Positions 41,777-52,359 are shown, counted from the stretch's first letter. The stretch is 64,000 bases of DNA from an uncultured delta proteobacterium (GCA_963847445.1 CAWJZV010000014.1:192001-256000); one strand, 5' to 3'. A program made the numbers and translations. The notes: generated from the letters alone by a model not told the origin.

Positions 41777-41992
41777 TCAAACACTAATGTCGAGATGCTT
41801 ACCTTTATCCTTTGTTGCGTCGTCTGGCTCCGCGCCTGGCTCTTCACTGTGATTCTCAGGCGCATCGGCGCCGCCATGATGAGGCTTGCGTCTCTCCGCG
41901 CCCGACTTTTCTTTCGGGCGTTCCCTGCCAACCTGCCGTCCACGATCGACGGACACCGAAGGGGGAACGATCCGATTGATCGAATCTGCCAT
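41777..41992 (-). CDS. Small hydrophilic protein with C-terminal GKHLDISV motif
   Basis: 71 aa after fliA; the C-terminus resembles the G-x-x-(I/L)-D-x-x-(V/A) ending of small flagellar-regulon proteins. Confidence 0.5.
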   Translation of the reverse strand: MADSINRIVPPSVSVDRGRQVGRERPKEKSGAERRKPHHGGADAPENHSEEPGAEPDDATKDKGKHLDISV

Positions 41993-42053
41993 GGCCGCCA
42001 GCAAAAAAAGTTGCGACTTCCTAAGCCATTGTTCGCGGTTCGCCAGCCCATCC

Positions 42054-42884
42054 TTAAACGCGAACCGGTTTCACCGCACTCGGCGCTTTGCGCGTCTCGG
42101 CGCCGCGCTTGCCGCCTGGTTTGGGTTTCACGGCGATACCCAGGGCCGTGCGCAAGCGTCCCACCGTTTGAGCGAAAATTTGACAGATACGTCCCTCGCT
42201 CAGATTCAAGATCTCGCCGATTTCCTTAAGCGTCAGTTCTTCGTAATAATACAGCGTGATCACCAGCCGTTCGCGTTCCGGCAAACCCTTGACGGCGCTG
42301 CCGAGCTTGTCGATGAGATCCTTGCTTTCGACCAATGTCAGCGGATCGAAATCGAGATTCTGGATACTTTCACGACGGCTGCCTTCGCGCTCGTTGGCTG
42401 AGCCCATCGACAGATCTTCCAGACTGAGCAGCGTCGCATCGTTGAGCTGTTGGTCGAGGCGATAATAATTATCCAGCGGGATCGCCAACTCGTTAGCCAT
42501 CTCATCGGCGGTCGGCTCGCGCACCAGCTGGCCGGCCAACTTGACCCGTGCCGATTCCATCTTGCGGCCCCAGGAGCGTACCGAGCGGCTCACCCAATCG
42601 AGGGAGCGCAAGCATTGCATCACTTCGCCCTGGATGCGGTAGCGGGCATAGACTTCGAATTCGACGCCGCGCTTGGGATCGAACCGGTCGAGCGCCTCCA
42701 ACAGGCCGATGACCCCGGAGTGCACCAGCGATTCGAGGTCGACGCCGGGCGGCAAGCGCCGGTGCACTTTCTCGGCGACAAAGCGCGCCAGCGGCAGATA
42801 CTGGGCGATCATCGCTTCCTTCGCTGGATCCAGTTCGGGCCGGCCGGAGCGTGCCGGCGATCTGGTTTTGGCCGCCTGCATCAT
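42054..42884 (-). CDS. fliA: Flagellar sigma factor sigma28
   Basis: YLPLA, GVIGLLEALDRFDP, YARYRIQG..LRSLDWVSRSVR, LYYYEELTLKEIG..LSEGRICQ. Confidence 0.95.
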   Translation of the reverse strand: MMQAAKTRSPARSGRPELDPAKEAMIAQYLPLARFVAEKVHRRLPPGVDLESLVHSGVIGLLEALDRFDPKRGVEFEVYARYRIQGEVMQCLRSLDWVSRSVRSWGRKMESARVKLAGQLVREPTADEMANELAIPLDNYYRLDQQLNDATLLSLEDLSMGSANEREGSRRESIQNLDFDPLTLVESKDLIDKLGSAVKGLPERERLVITLYYYEELTLKEIGEILNLSEGRICQIFAQTVGRLRTALGIAVKPKPGGKRGAETRKAPSAVKPVRV

Positions 42885-43768
42885 AAGGCGACCTCCGCTT
42901 CGAGCATACGGCGAAAGAAAAATTGCATATTGCCTTTGACCTTGCTGCGACCGGCCATCCGCATAAATTGCTCGGCCAGCGTGGCAAACGCCCGGCTTGA
43001 CGGCGCATCCGGCGCCTCCGTCACCACCGTGCGCGCCTGCGCCATGGCGCGCAGCAGTTGCGGATCGCGCGGGATCCAGCCAAGAAAGTCGAGCGAGGCA
43101 TTGAGAAAGCGCAGCGCCGTGCCCGACAAGGTGTCGAACAAGCGCCGTGCCTGGGCTTGGTCAGCAACGTTGTTGGCGAGAATGGCAAAACGTTTTCGTC
43201 CATGCGCCGAGACCAATATCTTAATCAAAGCGTAGGCGTCGGTGATCGAGGCGAGCTCCGGGGTGACCACCACGACGATTTCTTGCGCCGCGCTGGTAAA
43301 ATAAGTCACCGCGTCGGAAATACCGCTGCCGGTATCGACCAGCACGAGATCGAGGTCATCGGTCATGACATCCAATTCGGTCAACAGGGAATTTTTTTGA
43401 TCGCGGCTCAAAGTCGTGATTTCCGCCACGCCGCTGGCGCCGGGCAGGAGCAAGATACCGTCGCGGTTGGCGACGACGATTTCGTCGAGGGCCGAGGCGC
43501 CGGAGAAAAAGTCCGCCAAGGTATGCGCCGGGTTGACCCCGAGAAACAAATCCAGGTTGGCGAGGCCGAGGTCGGCGTCGATCGCCATGACCCGTCTTTT
43601 TGAGCGCGCCAGCGCAGTCGCCAGATTGGCGACCACGTTGGTTTTGCCGACCCCGCCCTTGCCGCTGGTTACGGCAAACACCGGCGCCGGCGACAATTTA
43701 GCCCGCGCAACCCGCGGGCGCGGCGCGCTATAGGGCGCTGGCTTGTCAACCGCTACGGATTCAATCAT
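42881..43768 (-). CDS. flhG: MinD-like ATPase FlhG/FleN
   Basis: VTSGKGGVGKT, DADLGLANLD, DTGSGIS, ITDAYALIK. Confidence 0.93.
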   Translation of the reverse strand: MIESVAVDKPAPYSAPRPRVARAKLSPAPVFAVTSGKGGVGKTNVVANLATALARSKRRVMAIDADLGLANLDLFLGVNPAHTLADFFSGASALDEIVVANRDGILLLPGASGVAEITTLSRDQKNSLLTELDVMTDDLDLVLVDTGSGISDAVTYFTSAAQEIVVVVTPELASITDAYALIKILVSAHGRKRFAILANNVADQAQARRLFDTLSGTALRFLNASLDFLGWIPRDPQLLRAMAQARTVVTEAPDAPSSRAFATLAEQFMRMAGRSKVKGNMQFFFRRMLEAEVAL

Positions 43769-44807
43769 CGGTTTCGACTCCCGTCAGTAATAAACTGGCA
43801 AACACTTGCGGCCGAGCGACCACCAGATCGCCGGCAAGATTCTGTCCCAAGCTCAAGTAAGAAACCGGCAGCCCGGCGTTAAGCGCCGTGCTCACCACCG
43901 GCCCGAAATAGCGGCACTCATCGAGTTTAGTGAAAAATAGCGATTGCGCCCCCAACGGACGCAAGCGCGACGTCCAATCGGCGAGATCCTTGTCAGGGGT
44001 CACGGCGCTAAACACTAAAGTGCGGCGCACCTCGGCCAAACCGTGCAACGATTTGGCCAGTGCTTTGACGCTCAGGGCATCGCGCGGATTGATACCGGGG
44101 GTATCGATCAGCACGAGCACACAATCGCTCAAGCGCTCGAGTGCCTCCTTGAGGGTTTTGCGATCCACCGCGCGCTGATAGGGCACGCAAAGAATGGCGG
44201 CATAGGCAGCGAGCGGATCGCTGCCGGCGAGACTGCGGTGATCCATGCCGATCCAGCCCACCGAACGTCTTTGGTCCTGCAATGCCGCAACCGTGAGTTT
44301 GATCAGACTCGAGGTTTTACCGGTGCCGGTGGGGCCAACCAGGGCCAAGCGGTCGCGTCCGGCGGCGATTTCGCCGCCAGTAGCAATCAGTTGGGCAATC
44401 GCCTGATACCAGCGTTCGCGCGGGTCGCCGCCAGCGACCTGTTGCATGGTCTCGGTCAGTTTACCGATCAGTTCCATGGTCAAGCCATGGGCTAACAAAG
44501 TGTTGACGATCTGGTCTTGATGATTGAGTCCCGGCGCCAGCCAAGCGAGTATCGACTTCAAGCCGGCGAGCTCGTGGCGCAGCTCCGCGATCGGGTACGC
44601 CGGGCTGGCCAGTGCGTCCGCTGCCGGCTCGGCGACGCTGTCGGCTGGCGCCACCGGTCCATCGGCCAGCGCGGTGATCTCGACACCGCCGCCCTGGTCT
44701 TTGGGCACATTTCTGGTGTCGCTGATCAGCGCGTCGGCGCCGAGCGAACCGCGCACGGCGCGCAACGCCTCACCCATGTCTCGGCCCCAAAATCGTCTAG
44801 GAGTCAT
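43761..44807 (-). CDS. flhF: SRP-family GTPase FlhF (divergent)
   Basis: MGEALRAVRGSLGADALI, GPTGTGKT, DTPG, TKLDE, GQNL. Confidence 0.88.
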   Translation of the reverse strand: MTPRRFWGRDMGEALRAVRGSLGADALISDTRNVPKDQGGGVEITALADGPVAPADSVAEPAADALASPAYPIAELRHELAGLKSILAWLAPGLNHQDQIVNTLLAHGLTMELIGKLTETMQQVAGGDPRERWYQAIAQLIATGGEIAAGRDRLALVGPTGTGKTSSLIKLTVAALQDQRRSVGWIGMDHRSLAGSDPLAAYAAILCVPYQRAVDRKTLKEALERLSDCVLVLIDTPGINPRDALSVKALAKSLHGLAEVRRTLVFSAVTPDKDLADWTSRLRPLGAQSLFFTKLDECRYFGPVVSTALNAGLPVSYLSLGQNLAGDLVVARPQVFASLLLTGVETDD

Positions 44808-46866
44808 CGCCCCACCTGATGATGCCCAGGGATTGGATCTTGACGCCGGCGGCAATTTCGTTATGCGACAAGACCGCGACCTGGGGCATGTAATGGCTGA
44901 TCAATTGGCGCAAATGACGGCGCACGTTGGTGCCGGCGAGAAACACCGGCAACTGGCCGCGCTTGGTAAAACTCTCCACCGAGCGCTGCACCGCGGTCAT
45001 GATGCGCTGGGCCGCCTGGGGTTCGAGGGAGAGCCCATCTTGGTGGCGCTCGCGAATCATCCGCTCGATGTGGGCATCGAAAGTCATCACCGGTATCAGC
45101 CCCTCGGGGCTGCGATACGCCGAGGTGATCGTGCGCGCCAGCGCCTGGCGCACATGCTCGGTCAGCTCATCGGTGTCTTTGATCGTCGGCGCGTAATCGG
45201 CCAGGGTTTCGACGACCGACAACAAATCGCGGATCGGCACCTCTTCGCGCAGCAAATTTTGTAAAACTTTTTGCACGCCGCCCAAGGTCAGGTGATGGGG
45301 AATCAGTTCTTCGACGACTTTGGGATTTTCCCTGGCTAGGCCGTCGAGTAACCGTTGCACGTCCTGGCGAGTCAGCAGTTCGGGCGCGTAGCGTTTGACC
45401 AATTCGGAAATATGCGTGATCAGCACGGTCTCCGGGTCGACCACGGTGTAGCCCAAAGTTTCCGCCCGCTCCCGGTCGTTGGTGGAAATCCACAGCGCCG
45501 GCAGACCAAAAGCCGGTTCTTGGGTTGCCTCGCCGAGCAAATCGTCGGCGCTGTGGGCCGCGCCGCTGGCGTTCATGGCTAGTAACCGCGACGGCTTTAA
45601 CTCGCCCTTGCCGGCCTCGACACCCTTGATCAAGATTACGTATTGTTTGCTGGTCAAACGGAGATTGTCGCGGATATGGATCTGCGGCACGACAAAACCC
45701 TTGTCGCTTAAGAACTGGCGCCGCAGCGCGCGAATCCGTTCCACCACCGCGCCGTGTTCGCTGTCGACCAGCGGGATCAATTCGTAACCGACTTCGAGTT
45801 CGATCAGATCCACCGATTGCGGCCGGGCCGGTTCGTCGGCTTTGTCGCCCGCCGGCTTGGCCTCGGCAATCGTCTCCAGCGGTTCGAGGCCGTCCTGCTG
45901 CGACATGTAATAAGCCGCGCCGCCCACCGCCGCGGCGGCGAGAAAAAATGGCATCGCCGGAAAGCCGGGGACAAAGATAAACAGCGCCAGCACCACCGCG
46001 ACCACGGCCAGCGCTCTGGGATTCCACAGCAGCTGCTTGACGATTTCCACGCCGAGTTCGCCGCCCGACGACGTGCGCGTCACCACCATGCCGGCGGCGG
46101 TGGAGACGATCAGCGCCGGGATCTGGCTGACCAAACCATCACCGATACTGAGCAAGCTATAGAGTTGCGCGGCGTCTCCCGCGGTCATGCCCTTCTGCAT
46201 GACACCGACAAAAAAGCCGCCCAACAGATTGACCGCGAGAATAATCAAACCGGCAACCGCGTCGCCGCGCACGAACTTGGACGCGCCGTCCATGGCGCCG
46301 TAGAAATCGGCTTCTTTTTGCGTCCGCAGGCGGCGCTGGCGCGCTTCGGTTTCATTGATCAGGCCGGCATTCAGATCGGCGTCGATGGCCATCTGCTTGC
46401 CGGGCATGGCGTCGAGGGTGAAGCGCGCCGCCACTTCGGCGATGCGCGTCGCGCCTTTGGTGATGACCACGAAGTTGATGATGACCAGAATCGCGAAGAC
46501 GATGAAACCGACGGCATAGTTGCCGGCGACGACGAACTGGCCGAAGGCTTCGATGACATGGCCGGCAGCCGCCGTGCCCTCTTCGCCGCGCAGCAGAATC
46601 AAGCGGGTGGAGGCGACGTTAAGCGATAGCCGCAACAGCGTGCTGAATAACAGCACCGTCGGAAAGGCGGCAAAATCGAGCGCTTCTTTGACGTAAAGCG
46701 AGACGATCAATATGGTCAAGGACAAGGCGATGCTCATGACCAGCGATAGGTCGAGGAGAAAGGCCGGCACCGGCAGCACCATCATGACGATGACGCCGGT
46801 GAGGCCCACGGCGGGCATCAATTCCGTGGCGCGAGCGAGATTGGACGTGGGAACAACGTTGGACAT
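44797..46866 (-). CDS. flhA: Flagellar export gate protein
   Basis: RLSLNVASTRLIL, RIAEVAARFTLDAMPGKQMAIDADL, FYGAMDGASKFVRGDA, EPAFGLPA. Confidence 0.97.
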   Translation of the reverse strand: MSNVVPTSNLARATELMPAVGLTGVIVMMVLPVPAFLLDLSLVMSIALSLTILIVSLYVKEALDFAAFPTVLLFSTLLRLSLNVASTRLILLRGEEGTAAAGHVIEAFGQFVVAGNYAVGFIVFAILVIINFVVITKGATRIAEVAARFTLDAMPGKQMAIDADLNAGLINETEARQRRLRTQKEADFYGAMDGASKFVRGDAVAGLIILAVNLLGGFFVGVMQKGMTAGDAAQLYSLLSIGDGLVSQIPALIVSTAAGMVVTRTSSGGELGVEIVKQLLWNPRALAVVAVVLALFIFVPGFPAMPFFLAAAAVGGAAYYMSQQDGLEPLETIAEAKPAGDKADEPARPQSVDLIELEVGYELIPLVDSEHGAVVERIRALRRQFLSDKGFVVPQIHIRDNLRLTSKQYVILIKGVEAGKGELKPSRLLAMNASGAAHSADDLLGEATQEPAFGLPALWISTNDRERAETLGYTVVDPETVLITHISELVKRYAPELLTRQDVQRLLDGLARENPKVVEELIPHHLTLGGVQKVLQNLLREEVPIRDLLSVVETLADYAPTIKDTDELTEHVRQALARTITSAYRSPEGLIPVMTFDAHIERMIRERHQDGLSLEPQAAQRIMTAVQRSVESFTKRGQLPVFLAGTNVRRHLRQLISHYMPQVAVLSHNEIAAGVKIQSLGIIRWGDDS

Positions 46867-46880
46867 CAAAATTCGTATCC

Positions 46881-47988
46881 TTAGGCGCGCGGCGCAGTAG
46901 CTTTCGGCGCCGCTGCGCGATTGCGCAGGCCGTAAACATAGGCCAGGACTTCCGCCACGGCACGGTACAGGGCTTCCGGAATATCCCGGCCCACTTCGAC
47001 TTGGCTATAGAGCAAACGCGCCAAGGGTTTGTTTTCGACGATGGGAATACCGTTGGTGCGGGCGATTTCGCGGATTTTTTCGGCGATGAAGCCGGCGCCC
47101 TTGCCGAGCACCCGCGGCGCCGCCATCTCGCCGACACGGTAGCGCAGGGCCACCGCTAGATGCGTCGGGTTGGTGATGATCACGTCGGCTTTGGCCACGT
47201 CGGCGGTCATGCGCTTGCCGAAAAATTTCTGGCGCAGTCCTTTGAGGCGCCCCTTCAACTGCGGATCGCCTTCCTGCTCGCGCATTTCTTCTTTGATCTG
47301 CTGTTGGCTCATGCGCAGCTGCACCGATGTGCGCCAGCGCTGAAACAGGTAATCCAAGCCGGCGATGACCAGCGTCGCGCCGACGATCCAACCCGCCAGT
47401 TTCGCGCTTTCACGCCTGGCGAAGGCAAAGATGTCCGGGACGCTAAGACCGACCAGCGCCGCCAGCTCCGGCAGATCGGCACTGAGGGCTAAACCGCCGA
47501 GCAAACCGATGCCGGCGATGATCGCCATCGACTTGATACAGTCCGACAAAGTATCGACGCTGAATAACCGGCCAAAACCTTGCACTGGATTGATGCGGCT
47601 AAAGTCGACACGCAAAGGGTCGGCGGCGAGTACCAAACCGCTCTGCAAAAAGCCGCCGCCCACGCCAACCAGCATGACCCCGGCGAGCACCGGCGCGAGG
47701 GTGGGGAGAAGCAGCCACGCCGCCTTGCCACCGAGTTCGGCGGCATCGGCCGCGGCCAATGGCTGAGACCTGCCAGCGGCTGCGAAAAATCCGACAAAGC
47801 AGCGTTGCAAACCGATCGTCAACTCTTCGCCGGCGAAACCGCAGGCCGGCGACGATGGCGCCCAACGTTACCGCGGGAATCAGATAGCGCGAGCGGGCGA
47901 ACTGGCCCTTGCCATGGGCCTCTTCCCGCCGTTTGGGCGTGGCCTCTTGGTTTTTTTCGAGAGTATCGTCGGACGATTGTTCAGCCAT
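46881..47988 (-). CDS. flhB: Export switch protein (frameshift near 47830)
   Basis: EATPKRREEA..KGQ, RINPVQG, KEEMREQEGDP, ITNPTH autocleavage motif. Confidence 0.94.
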
Positions 47989-48024
47989 AAATAAATTCTT
48001 GCGGAGATTTTATCCTGCGAAGCT

Positions 48025-48804
48025 TCAGCCGACCCCGCCGGGCACTCCGATCGTCAGCGGTATTTGGCGCGCGATAAACCACACCACTGCCGGCAAGGAG
48101 AGTACGAGCAGCAGCATGGCGAAACCGAACTGCACCGGCTGCGCCACCATGAACACGTTCATTTGCGGAATCGCCCGGCTGATGATGCCCAAGACGATGT
48201 CGGTCAGGAGCAAACCGATGAGCACCGGCGCGCTGATGCGCAAGGCGATGGTGAAGATCTCGCCGGCGGAGTTAACCAGCCCGGCGGCGACGCGAACCAT
48301 AAACTTTTCGCCGGCGAGTGGGAAAACGGTATAGCTCGAGGCCAGCGCTTGAATCAACAAATGGTGGCCGTTCACGGCGAAGAAAATCATCCCGGCGATC
48401 AATTCGAGGAACGCCGAAAAGACCCCGGTCTGGCCGCCTTCATGGGGATCGAACAGCTGGATCAAACCAAGACCGGATTTGCTCTCGATCGCCTGGCCGG
48501 CCAAACGCACGCCGGCGAATAACATTTGTGCCAACCAGCCCAGCATCAAGCCCAAAAAGATTTCCCCAGCCAAAGCCATGAACAAAGACAAGAGCGACAA
48601 ATCGGTGGGCAACGCTCCGGCTTTGGCCAAAGGATAGATCGCCACGGCCAAGACGATGGCGACCCAAATTCGCACCGCCACGGGCACCATATGGCTGCCC
48701 CAGAACGGCGCGCCCAAGATCACTCCCATGGCGCGGCCAAAGATCAACAGGAAGGTGACGACTTCGAGCCAGTGCTGACTAATCAGTTGGGCCAGGGATG
48801 TCAT
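48025..48804 (-). CDS. fliR: Export apparatus protein FliR
   Basis: APFW, GEIFLG, AGQ..GL, NGHH..I.AL..SY, RAIPQMNVF. Confidence 0.92.
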   Translation of the reverse strand: MTSLAQLISQHWLEVVTFLLIFGRAMGVILGAPFWGSHMVPVAVRIWVAIVLAVAIYPLAKAGALPTDLSLLSLFMALAGEIFLGLMLGWLAQMLFAGVRLAGQAIESKSGLGLIQLFDPHEGGQTGVFSAFLELIAGMIFFAVNGHHLLIQALASSYTVFPLAGEKFMVRVAAGLVNSAGEIFTIALRISAPVLIGLLLTDIVLGIISRAIPQMNVFMVAQPVQFGFAMLLLVLSLPAVVWFIARQIPLTIGVPGGVG

Positions 48805-48841
48805 AGTGTAAGTTCAGTCACAGGCGTTAAAATCGCGGCCT

Positions 48842-49111
48842 TCAGCCGATCATGGTCGGCAGGCGCAGAATAATTTGCCGGGTAAAATCCAGATACATTT
48901 GCAGCATCCACGAGCCGAATAAAACCAGCGCCAACACCGTCGCCACCGCTTTGGGCACGAACACCAAGGTCATGTCGTTGATCTGCGTGGTCGCCTGAAA
49001 AATGCTCACCGCGACACCGGCGATCAGGCCGAACAGGAGCGTCGGCGCGCACACCATGGCGGCCACTTGCAGGGAGTTGCGCAAAATATCGATGAGTCCT
49101 TCCGGGGTCAT
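48842..49111 (-). CDS. fliQ: Export apparatus protein FliQ
   Basis: SIFQATTQINDMTLVFVPK. Confidence 0.94.
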   Translation of the reverse strand: MTPEGLIDILRNSLQVAAMVCAPTLLFGLIAGVAVSIFQATTQINDMTLVFVPKAVATVLALVLFGSWMLQMYLDFTRQIILRLPTMIG

Positions 49112-49779
49112 ACAAAGCTCCGCACCAGCGAACCAACCAACAGGTTCCAACCGTCGACCAAAACAAAGAGAACCAATTTAAACGGCAGGGAGACCAACAC
49201 CGGCGGGAGAAACATCATGCCCATGGACATCAGGATCGATGCGACCACGAGATCCAAAATGAGAAACGGCACGTAAATCAAAAACGCCATCTGAAAGGCG
49301 GTCTTGAGTTCGGAGATGACGAACGCCGGAATCACGCTACTGGCCGGCACCTGCGCCGGGTCGACTTCCTGGTTGCCGGCGATCTCGGTGAACAACGCCA
49401 GATCGGCCTTGCGGGTCTGCTTGAACAAGAACTCGCGCAACGGCGCCCAGGCGCGCTCGAGGGCCGCCTGCGGTTGAATTTCCTTGTTGTAATAAGGCGT
49501 CACCGCCTCGGCATCGATCTTCTGCCACACCGGCGCCATGACATGAAATGAGACGAACAAGGAGAGGGCGATAATGATTTGATTGGACGGTGATTGCTGC
49601 GTGCCCATGGCTTGGCGCAGAAACGACAGCACGATGACGATGCGGGTAAACGAAGTGAGCGTGACCAGAATGAGGGGTCCGAGAGAAAGCACGGTCAGGA
49701 GAATCATGATCTCCATGGCCGCGGACATCTCCGTGCCCTTGATCGGACCGGTCAAAAGCGCGAAAGCGGATGGGTTCAT
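49108..49779 (-). CDS. fliP: Export apparatus protein FliP
   Basis: TSFTRIVIVLSFLRQAMG, PAFVISELKTAF, SLPFKLVLFVLVDGW. Confidence 0.96.
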   Translation of the reverse strand: MNPSAFALLTGPIKGTEMSAAMEIMILLTVLSLGPLILVTLTSFTRIVIVLSFLRQAMGTQQSPSNQIIIALSLFVSFHVMAPVWQKIDAEAVTPYYNKEIQPQAALERAWAPLREFLFKQTRKADLALFTEIAGNQEVDPAQVPASSVIPAFVISELKTAFQMAFLIYVPFLILDLVVASILMSMGMMFLPPVLVSLPFKLVLFVLVDGWNLLVGSLVRSFV

Positions 49780-50081
49780 GGTGTGCCCAGCTCGCGCGGC
49801 TGCACCGGCGCCGGCGCCCCTACTGCGGCGGCGCTCCCTTTGGTCAGCAGGGTAATGCTCTGCGGCGTAATCCCCAAAAGCAGCGTCTCCCCCTGCAAGC
49901 GCACTAGCGCCAGCGACGATTGCGCCGTCAACGGCAGGCTGCCGAGATGCTCAAGCGCGTTGCCCAAGTTGCCGCGCCGGCGTAGTGCCGGCACCAGCCG
50001 CTGCAACAACGCAGCGTAGCCCGACAACCCACCCCCATCCTGGCGTCCCTGGAGAGAATTCTTGGAACTAAATGGAAACAC
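49776..50081 (-). CDS. fliO: FliO-like protein (no clear TM helix)
   Basis: LGSLPLTAQSSLALVRLQGETLLLGITPQSITLL; lies between fliL and fliP; RBS AGGAG. Confidence 0.7.
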   Translation of the reverse strand: MFPFSSKNSLQGRQDGGGLSGYAALLQRLVPALRRRGNLGNALEHLGSLPLTAQSSLALVRLQGETLLLGITPQSITLLTKGSAAAVGAPAPVQPRELGTP

Positions 50082-50089
50082 GCAAACTC

Positions 50090-50608
50090 CTATTGGATGA
50101 GAAATTCCTTGAAATAGACATTGGTCACGAGCTGATCGTCGTCGATCGCCTCGGCGATCAGTTTTTGAAGTTCATCGCGCAGCTTGTTTTTGCCTGCAGG
50201 GTCGCCCAGTTCCTCAGCCTTTCGTTCGGAGAGATACATGATCACCGCGTGGCGAATCTTACCGGACAGCTCCTTGATCTTTTCCTTGTCATGCTCGTCC
50301 TTGATGCCGAGGCTCAACAGGGTGCGCAGATAGCGCGGCGCGCCGGCGCCGGCGAGATTCACGACGAAGACATCGAGATCGGCGCCGGCTTCACGCGCAT
50401 GCTCATCCTTCTTGCCGGCCTTTTTCTTCTTGTCCTTTTTTTCCCCGCCTGCTTTTTCTTCCTCGCCCTCTGCCTTGGCATGCTCGGCGTCTTTGTCCTG
50501 CGGGCGAATTGCTGCGGGCAACAGATCGGGCTTGAGAAAATACACTGCCGCGCCGCCGCCGCCGAGCAGTACCAGGACTCCTACAGCTATGATGATGATT
50601 TTTTTCAT
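50090..50608 (-). CDS. fliL: Basal body-associated protein FliL
   Basis: N-terminal TM, FVVNLA..RYL, KIRHAVI..LS, GKNKLR, VYFKEFLIQ. Confidence 0.92.
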   Translation of the reverse strand: MKKIIIIAVGVLVLLGGGGAAVYFLKPDLLPAAIRPQDKDAEHAKAEGEEEKAGGEKKDKKKKAGKKDEHAREAGADLDVFVVNLAGAGAPRYLRTLLSLGIKDEHDKEKIKELSGKIRHAVIMYLSERKAEELGDPAGKNKLRDELQKLIAEAIDDDQLVTNVYFKEFLIQ

Positions 50609-50640
50609 GGCCTTGTCTCGCTGCTGATGACAGTAACTCA

Positions 50641-50655
50641 GCAACCGACATGCCA
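50641..50655 (-). promoter_or_regulatory. sigma54 promoter of the fliL-fliA operon
   Basis: TGGCATGTCGGTTGC (GG-N10-GC). Confidence 0.78.
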
Positions 50656-50736
50656 TGGGCTAGGGCCTGAAAATGGTTGGAATTTTTGTTTTACGTCGAG
50701 GGCGAACCGGCGGCCGGCGTCAACAACACCGATGCC

Positions 50737-50756
50737 CGCGTCAGAGTTTTGACGCG
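50737..50756. promoter_or_regulatory. FleQ-type enhancer palindrome
   Basis: cgcGTCA-gagttt-TGACgcg, 80-100 nt upstream of the sigma54 motif. Confidence 0.65.
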
Positions 50757-50807
50757 GCCGATAATCGGCATGCGGGATGAAGGCTGGCGCGAATGCACCG
50801 CGGAGCG

Positions 50808-52224
50808 TTACAGCAGATACTTTTCCACCGCCTGTACGCGTTCGAGCAAACGCGCCAGCTGAAAAGGCTTAGGCAGATATTCGTTGGCGCCGAGATCGAG
50901 CACTTTTCTGCGGTCGTGGTCCGATGCGCCGGTGGAAACCACGATGAGGTAAGGCAGCATTTCTTGACGGCTCTTATGAATCTGCCGCAGCACCTCAAAA
51001 CCATCGACCCGCGGCAGCATCAAGTCGAGCAGCACCATGTGAATCTCTTCCCTCGCCAAGATCTCCAAGGCGACGCCGCCGTTGCTGGCCGTGCGCACCT
51101 GATAACCGCAGCGCATGAGAAATAGACTGACCATTTCGCACAGTGTGCCATGGTCTTCGACCACCAGCAGGACGAGCTTTTCGGCCGGGCGTGCGCGCTT
51201 CGAAGCGGCGCGCCGCTTCAGCCGACATGGGAAACGGGATCACTCGGCCATGGCCGGCTAAGCTGGGGTTAGACATGGGCGCCGGCACCGGCGGAGTTGG
51301 CAGAGAGATCTCGCGGCGGTAGAACTCCGGCTTGGCGCGATCGAAACGGCGAAAACCGAAAGCGTCGCGCAGGTTTTCGATATCCGCTTTAACAATTTGC
51401 TGGGTCTCGCTCCACTGCGCTTTACTGAGCCCAAGCGACGACCAGGCATCGGTGCACTCTGGCAAGCCTTCATCATTCAGGCCGAGGGGCGCTGTTTCGC
51501 TTAACGATTCCGCGGCCTGGACGATGGCGATCAGCCTCGGCATGCCAGCACCGCCAGTCGCGTTGAGCGCCGTCATCGGCTCATGGTGCCGGCGCACCAG
51601 TTCGGCCAGGGGCGCGGCGATTTCGCACTTGCCGCACCAAGCGTCACCCAGGGCGGCGTGGTCGATACCGATGGCGCTCGTCTCGGCTTGAACGATAGGC
51701 AGCTGCTGGCGCGCGAGCGCTACCGCGGCGGCGAACTCTACGTTGGAATAGCGCCACAGCAACACCCGGCCGATATCGTGAATCAGTCCAGCGGTGAAGG
51801 CTTGCAGGGGCGAAACATTGGCGAGCGTGGTGGCGAGCTTGGCCGCGATCATGGCGCTCGCCAAAGCATGCTCCCATAGGTCGCGGAGCGTCGTCGGGTC
51901 AGGATCGACTTCGCGGTGGGACGGCCCAAGCGGTTTTGCTTCATAGGCGAGCAGCCCGAGGATCAACGGCTTGAGATAATCCAAGCCTATAGTGCCGCTG
52001 GCTTGTGAGACCGCAGCTAGCCGGGGCGAGGCACCCTTGGCGAGATTGGTCAGGAGCGCCAGCCGGGTCGAAAAAACCGGGCTCGCTTTTATCAAGGCTT
52101 CCAAGCTGCGCAGGGGGGCGCGCTCGTTTTCGATCGTCTCGACCAGCCGTGACACCAGCGGCGTGACCGAGCGGCGCAAGACCTCCTCGCGGATCTGATC
52201 GGCAAATCTAGGTGCTCTATCCAT
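50808..52224 (-). CDS. HDOD domain protein with C-terminal receiver domain (join across a frameshift near 51180 is inferred)
   Basis: LWEHALASA, FTAGLIHDIGR, GIDHAALG..W..RRHH; REC VVEDH..LLDLMLPRVDG..ST..LPKPF. Confidence 0.8.
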
Positions 52225-52233
52225 CCGTAATTT

Positions 52234-52261
52234 GCATCGGCCCTAAGCGCGAAAATCTTTA
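52234..52261 (-). promoter_or_regulatory. sigma28-like promoter of HDOD-REC
   Basis: TAAAGATT-N12-GCCGATGC, about 10 nt from the ATG. Confidence 0.5.
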
Positions 52262-52268
52262 GTTTTGT

Positions 52269-52295
52269 TAAAGAATCGGCGAACTTTGACGATTG
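52269..52295 (+). promoter_or_regulatory. sigma28 promoter of motAB
   Basis: TAAAGAAT-N11-GACGATTG. Confidence 0.6.
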
Positions 52296-52359
52296 ATTCA
52301 ACATAGCGGAATCGGGGCTAACGGCCTCGACCCATGTCTGAAAGAGGGGTTACGAACCT

